64,000 nt of DNA from Terrimicrobiaceae bacterium (GCA_044342325.1 JBIIPZ010000005.1:34002-98001), one strand, 5' to 3'; positions 9,901 through 19,474 are shown, counted from the stretch's first letter. Made by a program: numbers and translations. Notes: generated by a model not told the origin, from the sequence alone.

Positions 9901-12900
9901 GCTGTTGGCATTGCCGAGTTCCCACGCGTAGGTGCCGCCACTGTTCCAGGTCATATTGCCAGTGGTGATGATGCCGGCCGAGTTGCCGGGGGCGATGGTG
10001 CCGCCGGAGTTAATGGTGACAGCGCCGAGACTTCCATTGCCCGTGAGCGTCCCACCGCTGTTGATCGCCGTCGTGGCGCCAGCCATGCTGCCAGTGAGGG
10101 ATACGGTTCCGGAGTTGATGGCTGCAGTGCCATTAAATGAACTGCTATTGCCGCTGACAGTCAGAGTGCCCGCTCCTGTTTTGGCGAATTCTCCCGACCC
10201 GCTGAGCACACCAGAGTAGGTGCCATTTGTGGTTTGGTTGAAGACCACGCTGGCATTGTTGGTGATAGCGCCTTGGAGGCTCTGGGTATTGCCTTCGAGC
10301 GTGCCCGAAGTAATGAATGTTCCGCCCGTGTAGGTGTTATTACCGGAAAGGGTGGTTGTTCCCGCGCCGAGTTTGTTCACCGCAAGATTTCCCTCCATGA
10401 TCGGGCTGAACGCGTGGGTGCCGCTGTGGTTGAAGTTCACGATGGCCGTGCCATTTCCGGCGGTGACTCTGGCGGCTTGGAGGTTGCCGACTGTGGAGCC
10501 GTTGCCGATGTTCAAGATGCCTGTGGAGCTGGTATTTACTGCCACGGTAAGATTTCCCGCACCACCTGCGATGGACACATTGCCGCCGGTGAGATTCAGC
10601 GTTCCGTTGCCGTATCGGCCAAGGCGCAATCTGTCGGAGTTCGACCAAGTGCCGCCGCTGACATTCACGACGCCGGTGGTGCCGTTGAATGTGGCAACGA
10701 AGCCAACCACATTCGTTACGGTGCCACCGGTGATATTCAGTGTTCCATTTCCGGAACTGCCCACGCGAAATTCGTTCGCATTCGTCCAGTTGCCGCCGCT
10801 GACATTGGCTACCCCAGAGCTTCCAGAAGAAGCCCCTATGTAGCTGTAGTTTCCAGTATTTGAAATGAGTCCGCCGGAGAGATTCAGCGTTCCATCTCCG
10901 GAATCGCCCACGGTGAAATAGTTGGAATTCGTCCAGTTGCCGCCACTCACATTTGCAACTCCCGTGTTGTCAGCGTTCACGCCAATGTTGCCTCGCGCAT
11001 TGGAAATACTTCCACTCGCGAGATTCAGTGTGCCATTGCCGATATTCGTGTCTACCGATGCATGCGAGATACTGCCGTTGCTGCTAATGGAGAGCGTGCC
11101 GCTGGAAATGGTGGTGCCGCCGGTGTAGGTGTTGTTGCCTGTGAGGGTGAGTGTGCCGTTGCCCGTCTTTGTGATGGATCCCGTGCCACTTAGGTTGCCG
11201 CTGTAGGTGGAATTTTGCGAATTCGCACCAATTGTAAGGGAGTTGCTACCGGTTGTGATGTTGCCAGTGCCTGAGAGACCGCCGAAGTTGTAGGTGTTTG
11301 TGCCGCCGACGGAGAGTTGAAGCGGGCCTGAATAATTGCTCAATACGACCAGTGTGGAGCCAGAGAGGGCATTGACATTCGCGAGACTGAGAGTGGCGCT
11401 ATATCCCATGGTGGTGTTGCCAGTGTATGTGTTGTTCCCCGAGAGAATCGTGGTGCCTTGGTCAATAGTCGCGCCCACGGCTCCGGCGAGGTTGGCGGTG
11501 ATGTTCGCACTGCCGAAGACGAAGCCATCGGCAGACGAGGTGAGTGTGCCGGAGCCGAGGATGGATCCGCTTGTGACGGTGACTTTTCGGACGGTTTGGT
11601 TCGTGGCGTCCATATTGAGCAGGGCATTATCCACAAGCAGGTTGGCTGACGCCGAGGACAGCGTGGCATTGGCGCCAAGCACGAGATTGCCACCGGTGAC
11701 CGATGTGGAGAAACTGCGGGTGCTGTTTCCATTCAGGGTGAGCGTGCCGCTGCCGTATTTCACGAGGCCGACCGCACCGCCGCCTGAAGTGAGGCCCGTG
11801 GTGTCGCCAATGTCGTCATTGATGACCAGGTCTTCGCCGTTGGTGTCGATGCCGAGAACGGATTTGTCGAGGAAACCTCCGGTGGAACGGTTTGCGGTGA
11901 TGAGGTTTTGGATGAGGGTGGAAACCTGAGTCCCATCGAAGCCGGCCGAGCCAGTTCGAAGCGAGAAGATGCCGTAGGAATCGACGGAGATATTTTCCGG
12001 AGTCCAAAGCGTAGCATTGCCACCATACAGAGAGCCCACCGTCTGGAACTGGAGCTTGGCATTATCCTTGGTCGGAGCGCCAGAATTGCTGGACGGGGAG
12101 GGCGATTGAGTCCCAGACCACGCCAATCCATCAACGGTCGTTCTCCCAGTATAGGAGTTATTGCCGCTGAGGAAGACGATCTCGGGCTCGGAAACATAAT
12201 AACTCGAGCCGGAGGTGTTTGTTTTGATCAGTGAGGCATTGCCCGAGAGATTGGCCGTGGCATTACCTTTGACCATGGTGTAGTTCCCAGTGGCTATGAA
12301 AGCGCCGCTGCCACCGGCGAGCAGGCCCTCCTTGAGCGTGATGTCCACAAACTGCTGGGAGTAGTTGCCGACATTGAACCCATAAGAGGCTGAGCTTTTG
12401 GAGTCAACGACGAGGTCGGAACTCGTGCGGAGGGCGTTGTTACGACCCAAAGTGACCGTTCCCTCAAAAATGCTCAACTCCCCGGTAAAAGTATTATTGG
12501 CATCGAGGATGAGATTTCCGTCGCCGATTTTATCCAAGCCGAGCACACCACCATCCGGGCGGTCGGTGATCGTGGTGGTGAGAGTAAAGTCGCTGATCGT
12601 GTTTAAGCCGATCTTAGCGTTTGCCGCCAAGCCGCCAGTGCCATTTTGGGTCAGGTTGGAGAAAATCTCGGTGATTTGTGCATTGTTGAATCCGCTGGTT
12701 GCGGTGCCAATGCCTGTTCCAAGGGAGAGTGTGGCATTGGCGCTGACGCTGATTTTTTCCTTGGTCCATGAGGCATTATTCCCGCTGTAGAGGGACTGGA
12801 CATTATCAAAGGAAAGGATACCGGAATTGATCGTGATATTGCCTGAGGAAGTGTTGTTCCCCGTGAGATAGACGCGCCCATTGTCATAACTTATCGATTG

Positions 12901-15900
12901 AGAACTGTAACCGTAGGCGTTTTTTTCCAAACCAGCCGTTCCGGCGAGGCCAGGAGCGATGCTACCATGTTGCAAATCATAGCTTTGAGCGGTAAGGGAG
13001 CCGCTGCCGGTTACGGATCCATAGCCGATGGTGAAGTTGCCGATTATTTGATTGCTGCTGCCGATGGCGAATGTGCCGATGTTCGACACAGTGACACTTC
13101 CTGTAGAAGCCAGCGTGCCGCCGGATATATCGACAGTGCCTATAGAGACTGAGGTGCCTCCTGTGAATGTGTTGTTACCGGTCAGCACGAGAGTTCCGTT
13201 CGCTCCCGACGGATAGTGGGGATAAGTAAATGTGGTGCTCAGTCTTCCATTTCCACTAATGATGCCGTTGTAGGTTCTGGTTCCTGCATAGAGTGATAGA
13301 TCGAAGACGAGACTGCCCTCATTCGCGACATTGCCCGAGAGAGAACCTGCTCTGTATGATGATGGGGAGTAGGGGTTGGTGGGATCAATAACTCCGCCGA
13401 TGGTCAAGGTGCCGGATTGAATGGTGGTGCCGCCGGTCATGGTGGCATTGCCGGCGAGGATCATATTTGCCGAATTGCCGACGAGGAGGTTTCCATTTCC
13501 AGAAACCTCGGTCTGGTAGGTCCCATAAGTGCCCAGGAGCAGTGTCCCATTATTGGTAATGTTGCCTTTGAGGCCCAGGCTGTTTCCTGAGAGCGTGCCG
13601 GTTTCGATGAAGGTGCCTCCTGTGTAGGAGTTATTGCCGGTAAGGGAGAGGGTGCCTGAACCGAGCTTTACAAGCGAGAGGGTGCCTGAACCGGTGCCCG
13701 TGCGATCCTTGAAGATGGTGCTGAGCGAGGCATCGCCTCCGCTGGTGTCCAGCCCGATTCTGGCCCCGGCGGCGATGCCGCCCGAGGTGGTTTGGCTCTG
13801 GGTGAGGTTGGTGACAAGTGTGTCGATATTTGAAGAGGAAAAGGCATCGGTGCCACCCACGCCTAAAGCCATGGTGGAGCCGGTGGCTGCGGTGATGTTG
13901 CCGGAGGTCCAGCGCGCGGAGTCGCCTCCGTAGAGGGATGTGGAAGTGAGGAATGTGAGCGCGCCAGCTGAAATAGTTGTGCTACCGGTATAGGTGTTGT
14001 TGCCCGAGAGGATGGCGGTGCCGGCGCCGGTCTTTGCGAGTGTGGCATTGCCGGCGAGGTTTGCAGTGGCTGTGCCTGATTGCACGGCGTAGCCCGATGC
14101 CGTGAGGGTGCCGCCATTTCCGGTGATCGAGCCCTCAGCCAAGGTCACTCGATTAAATGTCTGGTTATTCGAGCCGAGGGCGAGCGTGCCGCCTTGGACC
14201 GTCAGGTTTCCGGTGGCGACAAGGAGGTCCGAGGAGGCAAGGGAAAGCGTGCCGCCGCGGATGTCTGTGGCGCCGGTGTAGGTGTTGTTGCCTGTGAGGG
14301 TCAGCGACCCATCGCCGAGCTTGACGAAGCCTACTGCGCCGCCGCCCTCGCGGTCTGCAGTCACCTCAGTCAACGACATTTCCCCAGTGACATCCAAGCC
14401 CACGCTGCCGCCGTCAAGGATGCCCCCCGCCGTGGCATTGGATGTGAGGGTTTGGAAGATCGACAAGGCTTGCTCTTCCGAGAAGGAACCGTTGGCGCCG
14501 ACGGATAGGGCAAACGCACCGCCGCTGTTCACGATGATATTGTCGCCGGTCCAAGTGGAATTGTCGCCGTTGTAAAGCGAGGCGGGCGTCCCGAAGACAA
14601 GCACGCCGCCATTGATCGTGGTCGTGCCATTGTAGGTATTCGTGCCGGAGAGCGTGATGGCGTTCGTGCCTGTTTTTACCACCTTGCCCGAGCCCTCGAT
14701 GCCGCCTTCGTAGAGGGAGTCCGTGGCATTAGAGCCCATCGTAAGAGTATAGGAGCCAATATCGATCGTGGACCCGGCGACACCAGAGAGGGCTTCAATG
14801 GTTTGGTTCGCGCCGAAAGCGACCGATGAGGTGGCATCGATGATCAAGTCGCCGGGCAGGGCATTCGCCACGGCCAGCGAGAGGAAGGCGCCGTTATTAA
14901 GGAAGGTCGGGCCGTTGTAGGTGTTGGTGGCATTGAGCGTGATGTTGCCGCCATTGAGAATGAGGTCGGAGTTTTCCGCCGAGCCGGCGATGACTCCGTT
15001 CACTTGAATACCGCCTGCTCCGCCGGCAAGAACGAGGATGGTTCCGTTTTTCGTGAGTGTGCCGGTGAGCGTGAGCAGGCCGCTTCCGGTGTTCATGACA
15101 GTATTGTTTCCGGAGCCGAGGGCTTTGATGTTCTTCGCAAAGGTTCCCGCCGCGCCGGTGTAGTTGAGCGTGCCCGAGGTGGAGAGCGCCACGCCGAGAT
15201 CAACGCTCGCATTCGTGCCAAGCGCTTGGGTGTTCGTGCCGGTGGCGCTCGCGTTGTCGAATGAAACCGTGCCGTCCTCAACAATCGTCTTGCCGCTGTA
15301 GGTGTTATTTCCCGTAATGGAAAAATTTCCAACGCTGGATTTAACCACACCACCCGTTCCAGCCAGCAGTGCTGAAATCGAACCGCTTTGGATGTTGAAG
15401 CCGGTATTGGCCGTGAGCGTTCCTGTGCCGGTGATATTGCCGCCATTGAGTGTCAAGGTGGAGAGGGTTTGATTGTTCGAACCGAGACTCAAGGTGCCGG
15501 CGTTGTTCACTGCCAGATTTCCACTGGTAGCGAGGAGGTTGTCGGATGAGAGAACGAAGGTTCCAGAGTCGACAACCGTGCCGCCCGTGTTCGACTGGGT
15601 GCGATTGAGTGTGACCGTGTTGGAGCCGAGCTTGAGGAGCACACCGGTGCCGGAGGAGTTCGTGGAAAAGGTGAAGTCGTCCGATCGGTTTAGAGCCAGC
15701 GTGCCGTTATTGGTGATGTTTGCCGAGATGAGGCCCGTGCTCCCACCGTTGCCAAGTTGGAGTGTGCCGCTTTGGATTTGAGTGGATCCCGTGAAGCCTG
15801 GGAGATCCGAGGCTACGATGAGCGTGCCGTTGCCGGCCTGAACGAGCGTGCCGTTCCCTGAAAGCCCGTCGAGGAAAGCTTCGCCTATTGAATTGTAAGC

Positions 15901-18333
15901 CAGCGTGGTCCCTGTCGTGGCGGAGATATTTCCCCCAAGGGACCCCCCATCGCCGATCTGGAGGGTGCCGGCGGCGATGGTGGTGGTGCCGCCGAATCCA
16001 GCGCTGCTACCCGTCAGTGTGAGCGTGCTATTTCCCTGCTTGTTAAACGCTCCATTGCCAGAAAGGACGCCCGCAATCCCATGGGAGTCCGAGCGGTTCA
16101 CCGAGAGGGTTCCGTTTTGCAGAATGGCGATGTTTCCCGAGATCGAGCCCTCCGTGGAGCCGGCCCCGATTTGCAGGGTGCCGCTCTCAATGGTTGTTCC
16201 ACCGGTCAGATCCAAGCCATAATGAACCAACACCGACCCGGCGCCGGTTTTTAAGACGGACCCCGTTCCATCCACAGGTGCCGAGATCGTGCCGGATTGT
16301 AGAACCAAGGAATTCGTGACAGTCAGGTCGACAAAAGAACCGCGGTTGATCGTGCCGTTGTTCAGGGTGACATTTGACAGCGTTTGATTGGTGGAATTCA
16401 GGTTGAAAATACCTCCGCCATTGATGGTTAGATTTCCCGTGGATGGAATGGATACACCGGCTCCGAGCTCGAGGATTCCTTGTTCTATTCTGGTCTCTCC
16501 CGTGTAAGTCGAGTTGCTGCTGAGAACAAGCTTACCCACACCGACCTTCACGAGACCCAAGGAGCCACCGCCCACACCGGTGCTGTCCGTGATCGGAGTC
16601 GACAAATCCACCGAAATATAGCCGTTCGGCCCCGTGACATCGAAGCCCACATTCGATCCTGCCAAAAATCCACCGGCACTATTCGTGCGATTCGTGCTCA
16701 ATCCCGAAAGCACCGAGGTCACTTCATTCGATGTGAAGGATCCGTTTTTGCCCATACCCATCAAGAATGTGGCTCCACTCTCCACTACAATCTTGTTGCT
16801 GCTCCAATCCGCCACAGTTCCGTTGTAGAGCGAAGTGGTGGTCCCGAAGGAAAGTCCTCCTGATTCAATGATTGTGTTGCCTGTGTAGGTGTTGTTACCG
16901 AAGAGAAATGTGATGGCCGTTCCGTTTTGCGTCAGGGAGCCGGTTCCGGATATGTTGCTGGTGAGGTTATTATCCACGGAACGCGCAAATACGAGTGATG
17001 AATTATTCACAATCCCGCCGTATGGAAGATACCCGCCGCTGCCTCCGAACACCAACGTGCCCGAGGAAATCGTCATTGGCACAGCGTTAGAAAAGTTCCC
17101 GGTCAGATTGGTGGTTCCTGATCCGATATGATTGATCGCCACATTATTGAAGACATCCAAACCGATAGTAGCGGTTCCATTGTGATTGATATTCCAAGTT
17201 CCGTTGGAATCTTGCGGAGTCCCAATTTGAAGAACTTGCAAGTTTCCCGCTGAGGTGCCGTTTCCGTAATTAAAAACCGCATCATTAGAGAGGTCGATTC
17301 CACCGGCGGCGAGAGTGCCACCCGTCAGATTGATGACCGCATTCGCTCCATCGGCACCGATACCTTGATTTACATTGGTAATATCTTGGATTGTGGTATT
17401 TCCGCCGGAAATATTCAGCGTGCCATTGTTGCCTATGCTGAATGCTCCGGCTACGGAAAACTCCCCGCCATGGATGTTGATTTCCCCGCTGCCGTTTCCT
17501 CCGCCGATGGTCATACCAGTCCAACCAGCAGTTTGTTGCAGCTTTCCAATGTTCAAATTGATGATGGCCGTTCCATTGCCAGTGCCAATATCCACTTGAT
17601 TGGCAAGGGTCAGGTTACCACCATTCACATTCACAGTTCCTGCCCCTTCTTCCCTAATGTAGAAGCCGCCAACGACATCCATATCACCCGCCCCGATGTT
17701 CAAGGTCCCATTGGAACCAGCAGAGTCGGCAATGCCCATACTCGAATTTTGAGTAATACTGCCGCCTAGCAATGCCACAGTCCCTTGTTCGATAGCGACG
17801 TAGCGAGCGATGGTGTTGTTGCCCGAAAGATTTAAAAAGAGGGTTCCGTTGCCTTCTTTGATAAATCCATCCGTGCCTGTGGCAAATTGGGTAAGGGTTA
17901 ACCCCGCTGCGTTCTCCACAGAAATGATGTTATCGTCCCCATCATTGGGATCCAGCTTCAGCGCCGACTGGATTAAGACAGCTCCAGCGCCGGCATTGAT
18001 TTGAATGGCAGAAGGACTGCCGCCACCATCAGAGGCGCTAAGTGTAAGAATGTAGTTTCCGCCGGGCGCGATGGTGAGGTTTCCGGCTCCCGAGGTGCCG
18101 TTCGCAGTCAGGCGGAAAATCGTGTAATTCGCCCCCAGCGTGCTGGTGTAATCGCTGCTGCTACCATTAAAAATAACGCCATCGCCGCTTCCGGGTTGCT
18201 GACTGGGGGACCAGCTCGCATTGTTAGTCCAAGTGCCGTCGGTTGTGTTCCAAGTCAGGTTCGCTCCGCTGCTAACGGACGAGACGACGAGAAAGAGCGT
18301 TAAGAAAACCGCAGTAAACAAACGATTTTTCAT
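3982..18333 (-). CDS. Giant autotransporter (type Va) adhesin-like protein, ~4,783 aa
   Basis: Signal-peptide-like MKNRLFTAVFLTLFLVVSSVSSGA at 18333 (ORF open from 18516); many K-G-GTL-L-G-NTYTG-T-I--GTL passenger repeats; C-terminal beta-barrel ending SLGFSF. Confidence 0.93.
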   Translation of the reverse strand: MKNRLFTAVFLTLFLVVSSVSSGANLTWNTTDGTWTNNASWSPSQQPGSGDGVIFNGSSSDYTSTLGANYTIFRLTANGTSGAGNLTIAPGGNYILTLSASDGGGSPSAIQINAGAGAVLIQSALKLDPNDGDDNIISVENAAGLTLTQFATGTDGFIKEGNGTLFLNLSGNNTIARYVAIEQGTVALLGGSITQNSSMGIADSAGSNGTLNIGAGDMDVVGGFYIREEGAGTVNVNGGNLTLANQVDIGTGNGTAIINLNIGKLQQTAGWTGMTIGGGNGSGEINIHGGEFSVAGAFSIGNNGTLNISGGNTTIQDITNVNQGIGADGANAVINLTGGTLAAGGIDLSNDAVFNYGNGTSAGNLQVLQIGTPQDSNGTWNINHNGTATIGLDVFNNVAINHIGSGTTNLTGNFSNAVPMTISSGTLVFGGSGGYLPYGGIVNNSSLVFARSVDNNLTSNISGTGSLTQNGTAITFLFGNNTYTGNTIIESGGLSFGTTTSLYNGTVADWSSNKIVVESGATFLMGMGKNGSFTSNEVTSVLSGLSTNRTNSAGGFLAGSNVGFDVTGPNGYISVDLSTPITDSTGVGGGSLGLVKVGVGKLVLSSNSTYTGETRIEQGILELGAGVSIPSTGNLTINGGGIFNLNSTNQTLSNVTLNNGTINRGSFVDLTVTNSLVLQSGTISAPVDGTGSVLKTGAGSVLVHYGLDLTGGTTIESGTLQIGAGSTEGSISGNIAILQNGTLSVNRSDSHGIAGVLSGNGAFNKQGNSTLTLTGSSAGFGGTTTIAAGTLQIGDGGSLGGNISATTGTTLAYNSIGEAFLDGLSGNGTLVQAGNGTLIVASDLPGFTGSTQIQSGTLQLGNGGSTGLISANITNNGTLALNRSDDFTFSTNSSGTGVLLKLGSNTVTLNRTQSNTGGTVVDSGTFVLSSDNLLATSGNLAVNNAGTLSLGSNNQTLSTLTLNGGNITGTGTLTANTGFNIQSGSISALLAGTGGVVKSSVGNFSITGNNTYSGKTIVEDGTVSFDNASATGTNTQALGTNASVDLGVALSTSGTLNYTGAAGTFAKNIKALGSGNNTVMNTGSGLLTLTGTLTKNGTILVLAGGAGGIQVNGVIAGSAENSDLILNGGNITLNATNTYNGPTFLNNGAFLSLAVANALPGDLIIDATSSVAFGANQTIEALSGVAGSTIDIGSYTLTMGSNATDSLYEGGIEGSGKVVKTGTNAITLSGTNTYNGTTTINGGVLVFGTPASLYNGDNSTWTGDNIIVNSGGAFALSVGANGSFSEEQALSIFQTLTSNATAGGILDGGSVGLDVTGEMSLTEVTADREGGGAVGFVKLGDGSLTLTGNNTYTGATDIRGGTLSLASSDLLVATGNLTVQGGTLALGSNNQTFNRVTLAEGSITGNGGTLTASGYAVQSGTATANLAGNATLAKTGAGTAILSGNNTYTGSTTISAGALTFLTSTSLYGGDSARWTSGNITAATGSTMALGVGGTDAFSSSNIDTLVTNLTQSQTTSGGIAAGARIGLDTSGGDASLSTIFKDRTGTGSGTLSLVKLGSGTLSLTGNNSYTGGTFIETGTLSGNSLGLKGNITNNGTLLLGTYGTYQTEVSGNGNLLVGNSANMILAGNATMTGGTTIQSGTLTIGGVIDPTNPYSPSSYRAGSLSGNVANEGSLVFDLSLYAGTRTYNGIISGNGRLSTTFTYPHYPSGANGTLVLTGNNTFTGGTSVSIGTVDISGGTLASTGSVTVSNIGTFAIGSSNQIIGNFTIGYGSVTGSGSLTAQSYDLQHGSIAPGLAGTAGLEKNAYGYSSQSISYDNGRVYLTGNNTSSGNITINSGILSFDNVQSLYSGNNASWTKEKISVSANATLSLGTGIGTATSGFNNAQITEIFSNLTQNGTGGLAANAKIGLNTISDFTLTTTITDRPDGGVLGLDKIGDGNLILDANNTFTGELSIFEGTVTLGRNNALRTSSDLVVDSKSSASYGFNVGNYSQQFVDITLKEGLLAGGSGAFIATGNYTMVKGNATANLSGNASLIKTNTSGSSYYVSEPEIVFLSGNNSYTGRTTVDGLAWSGTQSPSPSSNSGAPTKDNAKLQFQTVGSLYGGNATLWTPENISVDSYGIFSLRTGSAGFDGTQVSTLIQNLITANRSTGGFLDKSVLGIDTNGEDLVINDDIGDTTGLTSGGGAVGLVKYGSGTLTLNGNSTRSFSTSVTGGNLVLGANATLSSASANLLVDNALLNMDATNQTVRKVTVTSGSILGSGTLTSSADGFVFGSANITANLAGAVGATIDQGTTILSGNNTYTGNTTMGYSATLSLANVNALSGSTLVVLSNYSGPLQLSVGGTNTYNFGGLSGTGNITTGSNSLTIGANSQNSTYSGNLSGTGSITKTGNGTLTLTGNNTYTGGTTISSGTLSISSNGSISHASVDTNIGNGTLNLASGSISNARGNIGVNADNTGVANVSGGNWTNSNYFTVGDSGDGTLNLSGGLISNTGNYSYIGASSGSSGVANVSGGNWTNANEFRVGSSGNGTLNITGGTVTNVVGFVATFNGTTGVVNVSGGTWSNSDRLRLGRYGNGTLNLTGGNVSIAGGAGNLTVAVNTSSTGILNIGNGSTVGNLQAARVTAGNGTAIVNFNHSGTHAFSPIMEGNLAVNKLGAGTTTLSGNNTYTGGTFITSGTLEGNTQSLQGAITNNASVVFNQTTNGTYSGVLSGSGEFAKTGAGTLTVSGNSSSFNGTAAINSGTVSLTGSMAGATTAINSGGTLTGNGSLGAVTINSGGTIAPGNSAGIITTGNMTWNSGGTYAWELGNANSTAGTGWDLMSSTGSLTIGANSTNKFTIAASTTNGSGFDPNVKNASWKIAEFAGGISGFSADAFNITTTGFENLPAIYGFGVSSNGTALNFSYATVATWIGGTGNWTNTANWETGFAAINGVTVDYAGTNGTSTNDSTVGNINALVFTNNATGSFTLTGGNLTIGEGGITNNSNSTQTIALNLRLGADQTFAANTANLVVSGNISGGISHQTYEGFTLTKEGNQTLTLSGANTYSGSTTVNAGTLLVEGAVRDVTNNATFTVQSSGVAGSVDNLAGATGTNNGTVASLANAGTFTNGGNITADATTSGTLTSTGRIGGTFGVDGGLATIGAGGQVAGTSTITSGTLDVSGTVAGVTNNATLTIQQSGVAGSVTNLAGATGTNNGTAASLANAGTFTNSGNITGNATTSGTLSSTGRIGGTLGVDGGLATIGAGGQVAGTSTITSGTLDVSGTVAGVTNNASLTIQQSGIAESVTNLAGATGTNNGTAASLANAGTFTNSGNITGNATTSEMLSSTGRISGTLGVESGSATIGAGGQVEGSSTITSGTLDVSGTVAGVTNNATLTIQQGGIAGSVSNLAPATGTNNGTAASLANAGTFTNSGNITGNATTSGTLSSTGTIGGTLGVDGGLATIGAGGQVAGTSTITSGTLDVSGTVAGVSNNATLTIQQGGIAGSVTNLVGATVTNNGTAASLANAGTFTNRGNITGDLLSFDGAVTVAQSGQVSGNTTIGDGEFVVAGSVAAVTSNALLRVEQSGVAGNVVNLGNGTATNNGTVALLLNSGSFTNSGNITGEVISFGTLFNSGNIGGALTVGGGETTISGTVAGPTAISAGVLQGTGTLGSVSLNSGGTIAPGTGNGTATLTVGNSLWNGGGIYNWQTSSLNGTAGSDWDLITSGGMLTLNATSANPISFTLSTLGIATLADVKKASWEVGSFEGGISGFEKKAFAFDPAGMAGNDGRYFMSLGANNTALVLNYKSAATWITGSGNWTIATQWEDEAFPENGDEVEFAGPGGTSTNNFAAASLSSISGFNFVEGAGAYTVNGNTLQIGEDGIINASSNLQTIGMDLTAGDVLKVDAAAADIEISGIISGNSALTKNGSSTLSLSGNNTYSGLTTISAGTLALGGTAGAISSNISVDSGATFAVNRTNEAIISNVISGAGSFAQVGSGVTRLRATNTYTGGTTISEGKLWVEAPQALGTGSVTLDGGKLLVTSSQESIMGNLTLSIGGNLDWTGGRIAFFDTGSSPLAQDLKINVAGNFTVSTLGNATFDFSEVQALDSGAYTLVSTNGTVTADNGKFTAAHGEYTKLFGSFTTTNKTVVYTVTGAESTGPNIENNGGPNTPVVADYDVTQATITKGQTNIVNALKFGNNAPLAIETGGKLIVTSGVLNVQSGASVVSGGTVVTPGNFDKLGTGELDVQSNMSVNGTALVNAGLLSVNGQLAANEVVVDPLASLGGAGLIITQNVVVLGNLSPGNSPGTLSIAGNLLLSDGSSTVIEIASPTNFDRIVVSGQATLGGTLEAQSYEGAKITPGTRYDFLQAGSIVGEFDSIVVPDGLRGRFLNLGTVGSLLFGPESFVPYALNPNQRNVAKALDSFVLATEGDAVLVGTALDSLTTEQFPAAFDQIMPGFYESLGDILIEQTYNQTQLLTQRLGTLRLGATGFQSIGLSQPIKYDKDGKSTADAKTASPIVESAIETNWNAWVMANGEFSISRGLAGVPNYNNNAGGFLVGADYRLSENFVAGLFAGYEYSYAKYNGGSSTRGNSALFGLYGSYTHEDGYYADAIVSGGYTGFQTRRSIEFGSIDRTARANPNSGQFSAALNLGKDFEVGKFTLGPIIGAQYTYAGIGGFTETGADSLDLALGEQNANSLRTNLGARLAYNWEVATNTTLIPEVRGFWMHEFLNEPRNISSALEGGSGPSFDYETSAPYSNSVFGGAGISAKVGDRWSASVFYNVNFGAEGYTNNIISTSLGFSF
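7690..9170 (-). repeat. Intragenic 303-bp (101-aa) tandem repeat, about 4 near-identical units plus degenerate flanks
   Basis: Unit GSVTNLAGATGTNNGTAASLANAGTFTNSGNITGNATTSGTLSSTG... recurs; antisense ORF stops at 7996, 8299, 8602 and 8905 are spaced exactly 303 bp apart. Confidence 0.92.
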
Positions 18334-18694
18334 GGAGTGGTTGTGAGGTGTTTTGCACTGGCTGGCGTAAAAATTTTTCATGGCAATGAAGTCAAGGCGG
18401 GTATTCGCCCCGGAGTTTATCGAGTTGGATTTTTGGAAAATGTTTTTCATGTCGGGCAGAATTCTGTTCGAGCCAAAATGCCACAGAATCGCTCTGGCCC
18501 TCGCTCGGCGAGGCATCAGACAAAGCGGAAATGTTGGCGTGAAGTCTCGTCGGGGTTAGTATTTCCACTCAAGACAAACCTAAAGCTATGGTATTAAATC
18601 AGAAATTATAGGGAGTGGACAAGAAGATAATGGCGTAGTTTTTGAAGCACGCGGAGCAGGCACTCGGGAGAATCTGGCTGATCGCTGGAGAGGT

Positions 18695-18872
18695 CTCTCA
18701 CAGAGGCACCAAGACACGGAGGGGGGCGTGTGGCGGAATTTTGAAAAAATTTCGAGGGTGGTGGCGGGGTGGCATCCACTGTGGTCGAAAGCCGCTCCGG
18801 CTTCCGCTACGAGTATGCGTCGCGGTTTGGAAAATCTGAAAATACTCCGTGTTCCCCGTGGCTCTGTGAGAG
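18695..18872. repeat. MITE-like element with ~9-bp-periodic inverted ends
   Basis: CTCTCACAGAGGCACCAAGACACGGAG ... TCTGAAAATACTCCGTGTTCCCCGTGGCTCTGTGAGAG; sibling at 19703-19798. Confidence 0.7.
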
Positions 18873-18893
18873 CAAAAATGCGCTGGGCGAGAT

Positions 18894-18917
18894 GGCGTCG
18901 GCGGAGCGTTGCCCTCC
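18894..18917 (-). repeat. GGAG-headed REP-like hairpin
   Basis: Minus strand GGAGGGCAACGCTCCGCCGACGCC, just downstream of the RelE/ParE stop. Confidence 0.55.
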
Positions 18918-18935
18918 AAAATGGCGCTTGGGAAC

Positions 18936-19259
18936 CTATTCGGCTGGGAAAGTTTCGTCTTCTTTCAGTCGGGCTTGCCAACGGCGGGGGTGGCGCTTGC
19001 CGTGAATGACGGCGACGATCGAGATAAAATCCGGGAAGACACGATAGATGATCAAATAAGGAAATCGCCGGGGCAAGGCCATTCGGGCCTGACGGTGCAC
19101 GATTGGAAATAGTGTGGGCTGGCGGGAAATCAAAGCAAGACAGGCATCCACACTTCGCACAAACTCGGCTCCCAACCCGAGAGAACGCCGTTCATACCAA
19201 AGAGCTGCCTCGGCCATATCGGCTTCGGCTTCCTCCCGGAAAATGACTGGCAAACTCAC
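18936..19259 (-). CDS. RelE/ParE-family toxin
   Basis: FREEAEADMAEAALWYE...LGAEF...RFPYLIIYR...IVAVIHGKRHP; GTG start overlaps the antitoxin stop. Confidence 0.9.
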   Translation of the reverse strand: MSLPVIFREEAEADMAEAALWYERRSLGLGAEFVRSVDACLALISRQPTLFPIVHRQARMALPRRFPYLIIYRVFPDFISIVAVIHGKRHPRRWQARLKEDETFPAE

Positions 19260-19474
19260 AGGGAGGCCAGGATTTTTTCGCGAACAGTGCTCCACGGTGT
19301 TCCGTGGCTGGGATTTTTTTCCAACGCATCCAATCGGCGGTCCAGTTCGGCGATGTGCTGCGGGGAAAGGCCAATCGGTGATGTTTCAGCAGCAATGGAA
19401 TCCCACAGATCCTCGACGAGTTGGATTTTCTCGGAAACGGGGAGTTGTTTCAGATCTTCAATGGTCGCTGACAT
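19256..19474 (-). CDS. Addiction-module antitoxin component (TIGR02574-like)
   Basis: LPVSEKIQLVEDLWDSI...ELDRRLD...PWSTVREKI. Confidence 0.88.
   Translation of the reverse strand: MSATIEDLKQLPVSEKIQLVEDLWDSIAAETSPIGLSPQHIAELDRRLDALEKNPSHGTPWSTVREKILASL

Noticed and set aside
18334..18516. Extended N-terminus of the autotransporter ORF
   Set aside because: The signal-peptide-like sequence begins at ATG 18333; upstream in-frame starts are unsupported, though not excluded.
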